A stretch of DNA of 63,309 nucleotides, the filler included. It is 8 parts of 8 records of this genome, joined end to end, with 100 filler letters (N's around TTAATTAATTAA, not from the genome) between each part and the next. Parts side by side here need not be neighbours in the genome. Positions count along the whole stretch, not along the records: positions 46,360 to 52,648 come from SRR31156797_48780; positions 52,749 to 57,893 come from SRR31156797_48848; positions 57,994 to 63,309 come from SRR31156797_48910; 5 more parts are not named here. One strand, given 5' to 3'. Numbering within the stretch: the first letter of the stretch is position 1; each line of letters starts with the position of its first letter. Shown piece by piece: positions 48,520-58,777 of this stretch. The translations under genes were made by a program, and so were the position numbers. The notes under the pieces were generated by a model, which did no database searches, was not told where the DNA came from, and worked only from the letters and a program-made list of their open reading frames with translations.

Positions 48520-49911
48520 TTATGTCAGACTTATTCCTATTAGAGGCCAGTAGACAAGTGCCATCAGAATAAACACTATCCATGATATTAGATTTAAAAT
48601 TAACCCGGGAACAATTATTTCTTTAATTTCATAATAACCTGAAGAATACGCAATTGCATTTGGAGGCGTACCCATTGGGAGAATAAAAGCAAGACCTGCA
48701 GGAACTGCAACCATATAGGTCATAGCTATTGGGTTAATGCCAATAACGCTTCCAAGACTAAAACCAATTGGAAGAATTATTGCCACAGCTGCCGCGTTGC
48801 TTACACCTTCAGTAAGGAATTTCGCAATAAAGGAAATAATAATCAACATAAAAAGAGGATTCGGATAGCCATTGTTTAGTACAGTATCTGCAATCCATTC
48901 TACGCTACCCGTGCTAACCAGTGCAGAACCCATGGAAATTGCACCACCGTACATCAGGATAATTCCCCAATTGACATTTGACTCTACATCATCCCAGTTG
49001 ATTACGTTCAGAACAAATAAAGACACACCGGACATAACTGCGATCACAGCCAGACCAATTGTATGTCCTAAAAAAATCCAGGCAAGTACAGTTGAAACCA
49101 TAACAAAACCTGCTTTCTTTTCGTTTACGCTCATTTTGCCCATTCTGTCTAACTGACGCTCAAGTACTCCCTTTGCTGACCTCACATCCTTCACATCTAT
49201 GCTGAAAAAAAGATTCAGTGTAATAAAACCTATTATAAGCATTACAAATACAATAGGGATTATGGCAATACACCATTCAAAAAAATTGATTGTCAACCCT
49301 GAATTCTCTTCCAGAAGACCTATTGCAAGGGGATTCCTGGCTCCTCCAAGAAGAGTTCCTACACCGCCTATTATTGTACCCCATGCCATACAAAGGAAAA
49401 GTAATGTCCCATATTTGCTGTTAAGGGGTTCAAGATCAAGACTGTCAGCAATTGCTGCAACTACCGGAAACATCATAGCAGCCACGGCATGTTCAGGCAT
49501 GATGAATGAAAGCATTGCAGAAGAAAGCATAACACTGAAAAGAAGTTTTCTGGGTGTCCCGTCAAACATACTTAGCATTAAAAGAGCAGCTCTTTTACTT
49601 ATTCCAGTCTTCATCATTGCTGCTGCGAGAATAAAAGCACCCATTATGAAGAAAACTGCCTGATTACCAAAAAGTGCAAAGGAATCCTTGCTGGACATTA
49701 CATTAAGTAAAGGTAAAAGAGCAATTACAAGAAGCCCCGTTACAGAAAGAGGAATAGCATTTGTAGTCCACAGCAGGATAGCTACAATAAATATTCCAAG
49801 GGCATTCTTGCCTTCAATAGATAAACCATCAGGGGCAGGAACAAGATATATGAATGCCAGAATTATCAAACTTAGTAGTATGACTCCATAGTTTGGCTTA
49901 ATTTCTGCCAT
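48520..49911 (-). CDS. DASS/SLC13 anion:Na+ symporter (candidate sulfate transporter)
   Basis: GGVGTLLGGARN, TEGVSNAA, AFILPMGTPPNAI. Confidence 0.9.
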   Translation of the reverse strand: MAEIKPNYGVILLSLIILAFIYLVPAPDGLSIEGKNALGIFIVAILLWTTNAIPLSVTGLLVIALLPLLNVMSSKDSFALFGNQAVFFIMGAFILAAAMMKTGISKRAALLMLSMFDGTPRKLLFSVMLSSAMLSFIMPEHAVAAMMFPVVAAIADSLDLEPLNSKYGTLLFLCMAWGTIIGGVGTLLGGARNPLAIGLLEENSGLTINFFEWCIAIIPIVFVMLIIGFITLNLFFSIDVKDVRSAKGVLERQLDRMGKMSVNEKKAGFVMVSTVLAWIFLGHTIGLAVIAVMSGVSLFVLNVINWDDVESNVNWGIILMYGGAISMGSALVSTGSVEWIADTVLNNGYPNPLFMLIIISFIAKFLTEGVSNAAAVAIILPIGFSLGSVIGINPIAMTYMVAVPAGLAFILPMGTPPNAIAYSSGYYEIKEIIVPGLILNLISWIVFILMALVYWPLIGISLT

Positions 49912-49960
49912 TCATACCTCCCTGTTCATTCCTGATAAGCGGAATACAGGAACACATAAT

Positions 49961-51505
49961 TCATTTGCTTACGTAATCCGAGCATAAAACTACTGATACA
50001 CCTGACATGGTGACAATATTACACAAATCCTCTACCATTCGGGAATAATCTTCACTCTCAGCTGAAATACCCTGGCAAAGTCCTTCAAGCAATAATTCAT
50101 CGTCGACATAAATGCAGTGTGTGCCCTGCATTGAAAGACGGTCATAATTTGTCTTTGCCTCACCCTTTTCCGATCCGGGATATTTCATTACTCTGGCTTT
50201 TACAGATTCACATGCCTTGTCAGGAGATACCTGCTTGTATTTTGAAATCATTCCGGCAGCAGCTGTCTGATTGGTGTGTGGATCTATAACAATGAATGAA
50301 CCTGTAATCTTATTGCTTGAATACATATCAGCAAAAATCGGACTCTTCAGTTCAATCTTTACTTTTCCAATATCATTCAACTTGAGCATTTCTGCAGGTT
50401 TTCTGTGGACATCCTCAGGATCAAATTTGTAAAGTACTTCTGTAAAGCCACCCTTTACCGTCTTAGTTGTGTGCTTGATCAGATAATCTTTACCTATTTC
50501 CATAGGATCCGTATCCATCCACACAATATTTGCTTCCAGTGATCCTACTACTGCAGGAAGATTGTGACTTCGTGCAATAAAGTCACCACGACTTATATCA
50601 ATTTCATCTTTAAGGCACAGTGTTACTGCCATAGGAGCAAATGCATAGTCAAGATCACCGTCATAAGTAACGATTCGGCTGATCTCACTTACTCTTCCTG
50701 AAGGAAGAATCCTTACTTCCTCGCCTTTACGAATGACTCCTGAAGCTATTGTTCCGCAATATCCCCTGAAGTCCCTCCCACCCCAGTTAACATACTGTAC
50801 AGGGAACCTGAAGTCAATCAGGTTACGGCCACCTGAAACATTCACATTTTCAAGATAATCAATTAGGGTTGAACCTTCATACCATGGCATATTGCTACTT
50901 CTTTCAGTAACATTGTCTCCTTTAAGAGCACTGATGGGTATGAAATAGATGGACTCTGCTGATAATTTATCCGTAAAAGTGTTATATTCTTCAACGATTT
51001 TATCGTAGACTTCTTCGGAATAGTCAACAAGATCCATTTTATTAACTGCAACTACAAAATGCCGGATACCAAGAAGGGATGATATGAACGTATGTCTTTT
51101 TGTCTGAGTCATAACACCGTTTCTGGCATCGATAAGAATCAGGGCAAGGGATGCGTTTGATGCACCGGTTGCCATATTCCTGGTATATTGTTCATGCCCG
51201 GGCGTGTCTGTAATAATAAATCTTCTTCTGGGAGTTGAAAAGAACCGATAGGCCACATCTATTGTTATTCCCTGTTCCCTTTCAGATTTAAGGCCGTCCG
51301 TGACAAGAGAATAATCAAATTCCTGGTCTCTGTGTGTTTTTGAATAATCCTTGATGGAATTCAACTGGTCTTCAAATATTGATTTTGAGTCATGCAGAAG
51401 TCTTCCTATAAGTGTAGACTTCCCATCATCAACACTTCCGGCTGTGGCAAACCGAAGCAAACCTATATTCTGGTTTTGCTCGATCAGGGATTCAGAATCG
51501 CTCAA
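49961..51505 (-). CDS. cysN: Sulfate adenylyltransferase GTPase subunit (CysN) with a degenerate C-terminal extension
   Basis: [47 protein letters not shown] start overlaps the cysD stop. Confidence 0.93.
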   Translation of the reverse strand: MSDSESLIEQNQNIGLLRFATAGSVDDGKSTLIGRLLHDSKSIFEDQLNSIKDYSKTHRDQEFDYSLVTDGLKSEREQGITIDVAYRFFSTPRRRFIITDTPGHEQYTRNMATGASNASLALILIDARNGVMTQTKRHTFISSLLGIRHFVVAVNKMDLVDYSEEVYDKIVEEYNTFTDKLSAESIYFIPISALKGDNVTERSSNMPWYEGSTLIDYLENVNVSGGRNLIDFRFPVQYVNWGGRDFRGYCGTIASGVIRKGEEVRILPSGRVSEISRIVTYDGDLDYAFAPMAVTLCLKDEIDISRGDFIARSHNLPAVVGSLEANIVWMDTDPMEIGKDYLIKHTTKTVKGGFTEVLYKFDPEDVHRKPAEMLKLNDIGKVKIELKSPIFADMYSSNKITGSFIVIDPHTNQTAAAGMISKYKQVSPDKACESVKARVMKYPGSEKGEAKTNYDRLSMQGTHCIYVDDELLLEGLCQGISAESEDYSRMVEDLCNIVTMSGVSVVLCSDYVSK

Positions 51506-52410
51506 AAGTATCCCTCCCTCTTCTTTTGTTCCATTGAACTATCCTGATCATGGTCGATCACCCTGGTAATACGCTCGGAATGCCGGGCAACCATCATTTC
51601 CTCAATTATCTTTGGCATGGTATCAGCGTCTGATTCTACAGCACCTGTACAGTAGTGGCATCCCAGTGTCCTGAAACGACACATGACCTCTTTGACTTCT
51701 TCTTCGTGTTCATCCGTATAAACCGGAATCAATTGACCATTTTTCTCAATTACAGGTCTTTTCGCAGCATAGTAGAGGGGTACGATATCAATATTTTCAT
51801 AATATATGTAAGTCCAGATATCAAGTTCCGTCCAGTTGGAAAGCGGGAACACTCTTATAGATTCACCCTGGTCTATTTTTGAATTGAAGATACTCCACAA
51901 TTCAGGTTTCTGGTTCTTAGGGTTCCACTGGCCATGCTTGTCCCTAAATGAAAATATCCTTTCTTTTGCCCTGGATTTCTCTTCATCCCTGCGTGCACCT
52001 CCAAAAGCGGCATCATATCCCCCTTCTTTTAGTGCATCAAGAAGAGCTTTTGTCTTAAGTTCAGCACAACATTTCACCGTCCCTACAGTAAGCGGATTTA
52101 TGCCTTTCTTCATAGCTTCTTCATTTTTGTAGACTTTCAGATCAAGGTTATTTCTTTTAGTATATTCATCCCTGAATTCATACATCTCAGGGAATTTAAA
52201 ACCAGTGTCAACATGTAATAAAGTAAAAGGCACTTTTTTTGGATAAAAAGCTTTTATGGCCAGGTGTGCCATGACTGAAGAGTCCTTACCTACCGAATAC
52301 AACATTACAGGATTTTCAAATTCAGAGGCTACCTCTCTTATTATGCCTATACTTTCTGCTTCAAGTGTCTTTAGGTTGGAAAGACGATACGATTCTTCTG
52401 TAATTACCAT
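51502..52410 (-). CDS. cysD: Sulfate adenylyltransferase subunit 2
   Basis: [51 protein letters not shown]. Confidence 0.95.
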   Translation of the reverse strand: MVITEESYRLSNLKTLEAESIGIIREVASEFENPVMLYSVGKDSSVMAHLAIKAFYPKKVPFTLLHVDTGFKFPEMYEFRDEYTKRNNLDLKVYKNEEAMKKGINPLTVGTVKCCAELKTKALLDALKEGGYDAAFGGARRDEEKSRAKERIFSFRDKHGQWNPKNQKPELWSIFNSKIDQGESIRVFPLSNWTELDIWTYIYYENIDIVPLYYAAKRPVIEKNGQLIPVYTDEHEEEVKEVMCRFRTLGCHYCTGAVESDADTMPKIIEEMMVARHSERITRVIDHDQDSSMEQKKREGYF

Positions 52411-52419
52411 TTTTTAACC

Positions 52420-52647
52420 TCAGATAAGTTGCTTTTCTTCGAGATATTTTACTACCTTTTCAACGGATTCAGAAATATCTTCGTTTGCCGTATCAAGGAC
52501 AACCTCAGGTGCCAGTGGTTCTTCGTAAGGGTCATTGATCCCGGTGAAATCTTTTATTTCGTTTGCAAGTGCTTTTTTGTAAAGACCTTTTACATCCCGG
52601 TCTATCAAAGTGTCCCTGTCACATTTAACATAAACTTCAGCAAAATT
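52420..52647 (-). CDS. cysC: Adenylyl-sulfate kinase, C-terminal part (5' truncated)
   Basis: FAEVYVKC...RDVKGLYKKA...FTGINDPYEEP. Confidence 0.9.
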   Translation of the reverse strand, partial: NFAEVYVKCDRDTLIDRDVKGLYKKALANEIKDFTGINDPYEEPLAPEVVLDTANEDISESVEKVVKYLEEKQLI

Positions 52648-52648
52648 A

Positions 52649-52748
52649 NNNNNNNNNNNNNNNNNNNNNNNNNNNNNNNNNNNNNNNNNNNNTTAATTAA
52701 TTAANNNNNNNNNNNNNNNNNNNNNNNNNNNNNNNNNNNNNNNNNNNN
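52649..52748. other. Artificial contig spacer
   Basis: N-run, TTAATTAATTAA, N-run. Confidence 0.99.
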
Positions 52749-52749
52749 A

Positions 52750-53034
52750 CAAGCATTAAAAATTTTCCCTTGGGTTTGTGCGAGCTGTGGTCGTGATTTT
52801 AGGGGGAAAAATCTTCGAGAGTTAACGGTCCACCACAAAGACCATAATCATGAAAACAATCCACCTGATGGTAGTAATTGGGAGCTGTTATGTCTCTACT
52901 GCCACGATAATGCCCACTCCCGCTCACTCGATGCCGAATGGTTAGCGCCAGAAACTCCTGGCAAAAAAGATGGGCCCACTACCACCCACTCTCCTTTCGC
53001 TAATCTAAAAGACCTGTTGGGCAAGCCTTCGTGA
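52750..53034 (+). CDS. yajD: YajD-family HNH nuclease (5' truncated; absent from the ORF track)
   Basis: Manual translation QALKIFPWVCASCGRDF...LTVHHKDHNHENNPPDGSNWELLCLYCHDNAH...THSPFANLKDLL*. Confidence 0.88.
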   Translation, partial: QALKIFPWVCASCGRDFRGKNLRELTVHHKDHNHENNPPDGSNWELLCLYCHDNAHSRSLDAEWLAPETPGKKDGPTTTHSPFANLKDLLGKPS

Positions 53035-53488
53035 TTAACGTTGCATTACAAGTCTATGTTGCTACAGCTAACCGAGCTTGCCCCCTTATTTCTCTCCCCT
53101 GGTATCCTGCATAACTTTTGACTTAAAACAGTGACAGATGCACCGTGTAATAGACTGAATTTACAACAAAAGATCAATGTCAACACAAAGTAGCAGGGCG
53201 TCTAACATTCTACTCAGGGACAATGCGTGGCGTTGCGACGGTTACAAATTAATCGTAGTTGTTGTCCCCTTAGAAAAACCAAGTATGCATTTAGTGGAAA
53301 GATGTTGACTTTGGCCCTGGGTTGGGGCGGGGCTTATAAACGGAAAAAAGACAACCTTACAGGTTCGCTTAAATGGTTATCATTGCTAATACCAATCCCT
53401 TCCAATTCTTCTGAAAGTATTCTCGTAAATTCAATAGACATCTAAACTTTAAGGCGATGGGGGTGGCCTTGATACAATTTCAAGCACA

Positions 53489-55078
53489 CTAGCTATGGCC
53501 TGTTTTCTTATTCCTGTAATGGATGATTACTTCGGAGGCCAACCCTATGCCTACTTTGGAATACATATTCCACACTGCTTTTGCTCCGGCATCGACAAGT
53601 TCCTCAACCTCGTTCTCGTATCGGGCAAAGGCAAACAAGCTTGCAGATGGATTGCGTTTACGAACGCGCTTGACGAGACCTAAATTCTCTTGGTGGAGCT
53701 TCAAAGCTAGGATCCCGGTTTCAATGGGTGAATGAGTTGTCCTCTCCCACACCTCGTCATTGGTCGCATCTGCGTAAATGACATTTCTACCTGCACTCTT
53801 GTGCTTGGCAATGACGTTTGGGTCGCTGTCGATCCCAATCAGTATGCTACCGTATTCCGGCACCAACTGATCATACACACTGGTGCCGAGTCGTCCCATG
53901 CCCACCACTGCGATTTTCGCATCGCCAAAATCAGGAAGCTCATCTTCTGCCAAAATCGCTTCTGTTTCGAATTTCCTGGCTGCTGATCGTACCCGGTCAT
54001 AAAATCGAACTGCCCGCATATTGATCGGTGATGCAATGATAATAGTCATGGTGAGTGCAAGAGCGATTGTTACCAACCAGTCCTCGGTTAGCCAAGCATT
54101 TGACACCGAAATTGCTCCAACAATCAGGCCGAATTCGCTATAGTTGGCCAACGTTAGCGATGACAGCGTCGCGGTACGCGCGCGCATTTTGAACCGGGCA
54201 AACAAAACAAAGAATAAGATAACCTTGAAAACGACCAACACTGTCAGGAATAAAGCAATAAGCATGGACGATACTGTCAGGTTGCCCGACATGCCAATGC
54301 TTAGAAAAAAACCGACCAGCAGCAAGTCTTTGAAAGCAAGCAGCCGCTTCGAAACATCTCCCGCCAACGGATGCGATGCCAGCATAGCACCTATTATCAA
54401 TGCGCCTAGATCTCCTTTTACATCGACGGCACTAAATAGGGTATAACCTCCGAAAGCCAGCGCTAAACCGTAGAGAGTTTGTAGTTCGCCGCTATGCCCC
54501 GCACGATTCAGCAGGTGCATGAGCACATAACGCACAGGAATGAGAATCAACAAGCCCAGTGCCCAGACTGATGGCATCTTGCCGGTGGACGCTGCCAGAA
54601 ATATGACAGCGAAAATATCTTGCATGATCAGAACGCCGATGGCTGTCTGGCCGTACTTTGATTGATACTCACCTTTATCTTCCAACGTTTTGACTGCGAA
54701 TACTGTGCTGGAAAAACTCAGGGCGAAACCGATTAACATGGCCTTGCCGATATCAATACCGGCAAACGCTTGTAGACCCGCTAGACTCGCCCAGTAAAGC
54801 AAGGTGCCAAGAACAGAAACAACGATTACCGTATGCAATGTTGTTCCCGCCCAGATTACCGGTCGCAAGAGTGAACGCAAGTCGAGCTTCAGGCCAATGG
54901 TGAACAATAACAGAGTGACACCGAGGTCACCGATCATTGTTAACCGATCGTGATCGAACGCGCCAAAGAGGTTCAGCACAAAGCCACATAACAGATACCC
55001 AACCATGGGCGGGAGGCTTAAACGTGATGCTGCTATTCCCGCGACCAATGCGGGGCCTATCCAGAGAAGATCATCCAT
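53489..55078 (-). CDS. CPA2 cation:proton antiporter with TrkA-N domain (Kef-like)
   Basis: LPPMVGYL, LLFTIGLKL, FSST..VK, QDI, SEFG, C-terminal GMGRLG...ADA. Confidence 0.9.
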   Translation of the reverse strand: MDDLLWIGPALVAGIAASRLSLPPMVGYLLCGFVLNLFGAFDHDRLTMIGDLGVTLLLFTIGLKLDLRSLLRPVIWAGTTLHTVIVVSVLGTLLYWASLAGLQAFAGIDIGKAMLIGFALSFSSTVFAVKTLEDKGEYQSKYGQTAIGVLIMQDIFAVIFLAASTGKMPSVWALGLLILIPVRYVLMHLLNRAGHSGELQTLYGLALAFGGYTLFSAVDVKGDLGALIIGAMLASHPLAGDVSKRLLAFKDLLLVGFFLSIGMSGNLTVSSMLIALFLTVLVVFKVILFFVLFARFKMRARTATLSSLTLANYSEFGLIVGAISVSNAWLTEDWLVTIALALTMTIIIASPINMRAVRFYDRVRSAARKFETEAILAEDELPDFGDAKIAVVGMGRLGTSVYDQLVPEYGSILIGIDSDPNVIAKHKSAGRNVIYADATNDEVWERTTHSPIETGILALKLHQENLGLVKRVRKRNPSASLFAFARYENEVEELVDAGAKAVWNMYSKVGIGLASEVIIHYRNKKTGHS

Positions 55079-55187
55079 TGTTATTCACAAGCATGTCAGT
55101 TTTCGAGTTAACTAAATGGTTTAAAAAAAATGATATGACCTTTATTTCCGTACGATCTAAAAGTATAAGGTTAGGTTGAAACGGGCA

Positions 55188-55214
55188 AGGCAGTAGCTAT
55201 AAACACTACTGCCT
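55188..55214. terminator. Intergenic hairpin between the rhodanese and antiporter genes
   Basis: AGGCAGTAG-N9-CTACTGCCT; no strong U-tract. Confidence 0.4.
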
Positions 55215-55250
55215 CTGTAGAATGCAGGCTGTCATAGCAAGCAGATTCCT

Positions 55251-55739
55251 CTACTCCTCAGCAGGTAAAATTATTATTTGTTCATCAGTAATAGACGTCT
55301 GAACAGGATATCCTGACTTTGTCCAATCTGCCATACCAGTGGAAACAGAGACGGCATTTTTGTACCCAAAGTCATTAAGCAGCTTGGTGGCAAGAGCTGC
55401 ACGCGCCCCTGATTTGCAGTAAACGTAAATTGTTTCATTTTTATCAGGGACAACAGCCCAAATACTAAACTCCAAAAGCCCTCTGGAAATATTTTCAGCT
55501 CCAGGTATATGAACAGCCTCATATTCTCTGGGGGTACGAACATCAAGCAAAACCACATCGTCATCTTCATCAAAAACTTTTTTTAATTCTGCTAAAGGGA
55601 CCTGTTTTGTAGCTTTCCGAGCCTCTTGTACCAATTTTCCTGCTGGCGATTGCATCCATTTGGGTTGCTTAGCAAATACATGGCTTGCTGTGAAAACCAG
55701 AAGTATCGAAAAAAGTGCACAAAGAATATTTTTTCCCAT
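55251..55739 (-). CDS. Exported rhodanese-domain protein
   Basis: Signal peptide, LDVRTPREY..HIPGA, active loop YCKSGAR. Confidence 0.88.
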   Translation of the reverse strand: MGKNILCALFSILLVFTASHVFAKQPKWMQSPAGKLVQEARKATKQVPLAELKKVFDEDDDVVLLDVRTPREYEAVHIPGAENISRGLLEFSIWAVVPDKNETIYVYCKSGARAALATKLLNDFGYKNAVSVSTGMADWTKSGYPVQTSITDEQIIILPAEE

Positions 55740-55832
55740 TTGTAACTCCTCTCCAAAAAGTAAAGAATAAAAAATTCGCTAAAATAACTAGTATTCAGCA
55801 GACAAGTTTTACAACTTTGAACTTTATCAATA

Positions 55833-56705
55833 TCATTTAGGTATTACAAAAGTAAACTGGAGTTTAAAGCGCCATCCTTCTGGTCCATAGTCTGGGGAAT
55901 CAGCCCAATAACCAACACCAACATCTACTGATGCATAGATCGACCCCAATTCAAAAAGCTGTTGAATCCCTACATCCACAGGAACATACCATTGCTCAGC
56001 TTCCCAATCGTAACTTGTGTCAGACAGGATATAAAGTGTTGTTGCCGTTGACCAGGTATGGCCAAACCAAGGATAGATCTGAGTTACGCTAACATCATCT
56101 CGATCAGAAGGGCCAGCAAACGACCAGGCATGACCAGTCAATGCACCGTAAATCCAAGGTCCACGTTGGCCAAGAGCTACAAAGGTTGGGCCTGCCGACC
56201 ACTTTTCTGAACCAAGCACTATTTCAATATCACCAAAATCTTCTTCACTTGCTGTAGGCATTAGGAAGACTCCACCGGCACCCCAAATTAATCCTTGCTC
56301 AGTTGGTGACTCAGGAGAGAGAAAAAAACTCATACTGAGGTCACCTATACCGAACTGTGATCCAGCGCCTGGAAAGACATCTTCTCGATAAATAACAGGT
56401 AATATAGTCCGTGTTATCAAATTCCAATCTTCATTCAGATTGAATGGTATAACCGGCTGGATACTTGCTTTAATCCTTTTCCCATCTTCGACCGGACCAA
56501 TATTATGGTCAAAATCAACCTGAATGGGAATGTTATAGAGGTCTGCTACCGGATTCAACAAATCCTGAGCAATTTGTGCTTCTTCATTTAAACTACTATC
56601 TTCAGCATTTGCAATATGCTGCAAAGGCATAACATTTGCCAAGGCAATCAATACTACCACGTGAATCACTAACTTGAAATCACCCACCTGTTTGCATCTC
56701 CCCAT
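55833..56705 (-). CDS. Putative outer-membrane beta-barrel protein
   Basis: Signal-like N-terminus, NPVADL, QPVIPF, GIGD, aromatic-rich amphipathic strands, C-terminal FTFVIPK. Confidence 0.7.
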   Translation of the reverse strand: MGRCKQVGDFKLVIHVVVLIALANVMPLQHIANAEDSSLNEEAQIAQDLLNPVADLYNIPIQVDFDHNIGPVEDGKRIKASIQPVIPFNLNEDWNLITRTILPVIYREDVFPGAGSQFGIGDLSMSFFLSPESPTEQGLIWGAGGVFLMPTASEEDFGDIEIVLGSEKWSAGPTFVALGQRGPWIYGALTGHAWSFAGPSDRDDVSVTQIYPWFGHTWSTATTLYILSDTSYDWEAEQWYVPVDVGIQQLFELGSIYASVDVGVGYWADSPDYGPEGWRFKLQFTFVIPK

Positions 56706-56805
56706 GTAACGAATTAAAAAACCATTAATATTATAACTTTCTCAAAAAACACATGATAAGATAAAACATATTTTGGATTCTCACTAACCACTAAAATAAG
56801 CATAC

Positions 56806-56828
56806 AATGAGCACGAAAAATGCTCATT
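56806..56828. promoter_or_regulatory. Inverted repeat between divergent genes, candidate operator
   Basis: AATGAGCA-CGAAAAA-TGCTCATT, perfect 8-bp arms. Confidence 0.45.
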
Positions 56829-56853
56829 ACATTGTGCGAACAAATTACTCTCC

Positions 56854-57783
56854 ATGGATAGCAAAAAGCAGAAAGATCAAAATCATACAATCAGGGCGCA
56901 AGAGAGCCGTTTTCAGGCTTATCTTGATAATACACGTGAGGCTATCTGGCAAATTGACCTACATCCGCTCTTGCCAATGAGTGCGCCTAAAGACAAAAAA
57001 GTTCAAAGTATTTTTCACGATACGATCATTTCTGAAGCAAATGACTCAATGGCTAGGATGTATGGGTACTCTGAAGCATATGAAATAATAGGACGTCCGT
57101 TGAGCGATTTCCTGCTGGAAACCGATGCGAATAACGTCCAGGGGGTATCAGAGTTTGTTGATCAAAATTTTTTGGTAAAAGATGTCATTACCCACGAACA
57201 AAAACGTGATGGTACATTAGGGATCTTCTTGAATAACACGACACCCAGGTTTCGCAATGGGTTCTTATTGAGTTTTTGGGGATCAAGCTTTGAGATTACA
57301 GAGCTATGTGCCATGAAGGAAGATTTGAACAAAGCTAATACGGAGCTTATTCGGAAGAGTAAAATTCTTGAAGAAAAGAATACTGCCTTAAAAGAACTTG
57401 TCACATTAATCAGCATAGATAAAGAAAATCTTAAAGACCAGGTTATGCATAATATCGAATATGTGCTTTTGCCAGCATTAGAAAAAATCCAGTTAAATAA
57501 AGGGGACCCAAGATACATAGATCAGTTCCGTCATGATCTCGAACAAATGACATCTGCGTTTGGGCGAACTTTGATCAGCACCGGAATAAAACTAACTCCA
57601 CGAGAAATTGAAATATGTCGATTTGTAAAAAATGGTCTGAGGAATAAAGAAATTGCTGAAATTTTAAATATTTCGATTCGTACTGTTGAAAAACATCGAC
57701 GTATGGTTCGAAAGAAACTGGGGCTAAATAATAAGCGCGTCAACCTGCAAACACACCTTTCTTCGATGAACTACACTGGTTAA
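56854..57783 (+). CDS. PAS-LuxR HTH transcriptional regulator
   Basis: PAS (EANDSMARMYGY...IIGR), LEEKNTALKEL, LTPREIEIC...NKEIA...VEKHR...RKKLG. Confidence 0.88.
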   Translation: MDSKKQKDQNHTIRAQESRFQAYLDNTREAIWQIDLHPLLPMSAPKDKKVQSIFHDTIISEANDSMARMYGYSEAYEIIGRPLSDFLLETDANNVQGVSEFVDQNFLVKDVITHEQKRDGTLGIFLNNTTPRFRNGFLLSFWGSSFEITELCAMKEDLNKANTELIRKSKILEEKNTALKELVTLISIDKENLKDQVMHNIEYVLLPALEKIQLNKGDPRYIDQFRHDLEQMTSAFGRTLISTGIKLTPREIEICRFVKNGLRNKEIAEILNISIRTVEKHRRMVRKKLGLNNKRVNLQTHLSSMNYTG

Positions 57784-57893
57784 TACTACAAACCTCACAG
57801 CTTATATAGTTGAGTTTGTTTTGAGGTTACGTATACTTCCGGATAGATAGCATAACTTCAGTATGTATTGGTTCAGCGGGAATTGGAAATTTT

Positions 57894-57993
57894 NNNNNNN
57901 NNNNNNNNNNNNNNNNNNNNNNNNNNNNNNNNNNNNNTTAATTAATTAANNNNNNNNNNNNNNNNNNNNNNNNNNNNNNNNNNNNNNNNNNNN
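57894..57993. other. Artificial contig spacer
   Basis: N-run, TTAATTAATTAA, N-run. Confidence 0.99.
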
Positions 57994-58201
57994 ACATTTT
58001 TGAAAACTTCACATCTTCAGCCAACTGTGGCGTCGGATTCAAATTCTGAAAAATGCCGTCACGAAAATTGGGCGATTTTTTAATTGCTTCTAAACGATTG
58101 CCTCGCGGAATTTGTCCAAATTTTGGTTGTTTCAAAAAAATAAAAACAGACAAAATAAAAAGTAAAAGAAGTAAAAAAACGGTAAGCATATTATTATTCA
58201 A
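57994..58201 (-). CDS. N-terminus of a probable MBL-fold metallohydrolase (3' truncated)
   Basis: TM anchor, then QPKFG..P.G.RL..I.KSPN..DG.FQN..PT. Confidence 0.6.
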
Positions 58202-58309
58202 AATTCTTTGATCGATTTATAATACAAACAAGTTAAACACCTCTTTTGACAGAATGTTTTTCGGGTGACAAATATAATTTTCTTAACTGATTTATAGGAA
58301 ATAAATGAT

Positions 58310-58693
58310 CTATTTATTTAACCGATCTTTCGATTTAAAATACCTGCGAAGCAGCACTTTCTTTAAATCGCGAACAATAACCTGATGAGCAATAATTTCT
58401 ACATGATTATAATGTGGCAATTCATGTTCTGCCCGTGCAATTTCACGGTCGGTAATATCAACCTGGTACAGTACCGAAAGTAATAAATCGTAATTTCTTT
58501 CGAGTAAAAGTGTAATCTGATCGATAAGTTGATCATGTAATTCTTTGTACGCCTGGCTGGTATCGCCCGAAAAAGTGATTTCAACGCCAAACATCCCAAA
58601 ATCTTTCATGATTTGTTCAGCTGTATCTTTTACAATTTCTGCCTGATCGAGATATTGAGAAACATTACTATTATTTATTTGCGGTAACGACAT
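58310..58693 (-). CDS. Conserved hypothetical protein (Bacteroidota-like)
   Basis: QIMKDF, LLSVLYQVDI, RDLKKV..R pattern. Confidence 0.7.
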   Translation of the reverse strand: MSLPQINNSNVSQYLDQAEIVKDTAEQIMKDFGMFGVEITFSGDTSQAYKELHDQLIDQITLLLERNYDLLLSVLYQVDITDREIARAEHELPHYNHVEIIAHQVIVRDLKKVLLRRYFKSKDRLNK

Positions 58694-58777
58694 TGGTTCT
58701 TTTTTTCAAAACTAGTTTAAAATTATATTTACTCAAATTACTTGCCGATAAAATATAAATAATTCTATTTTTGAGTT

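Noticed and set aside
52750-53034. HNH nuclease as a defence or mobile-element gene
   Set aside because: It matches the widespread chromosomal YajD family, with no defence context visible.
53200-53274. attC-like site (GTCTAAC followed by a GGGACAA...TTGTCCC hairpin)
   Set aside because: An imperfect hairpin exists, but there is no matching GTTRRRY core, no cassette-like ORF ending there and no integrase.
53227-53445. 72-aa ORF between yajD and the antiporter
   Set aside because: No motifs or clear RBS; probably spurious.
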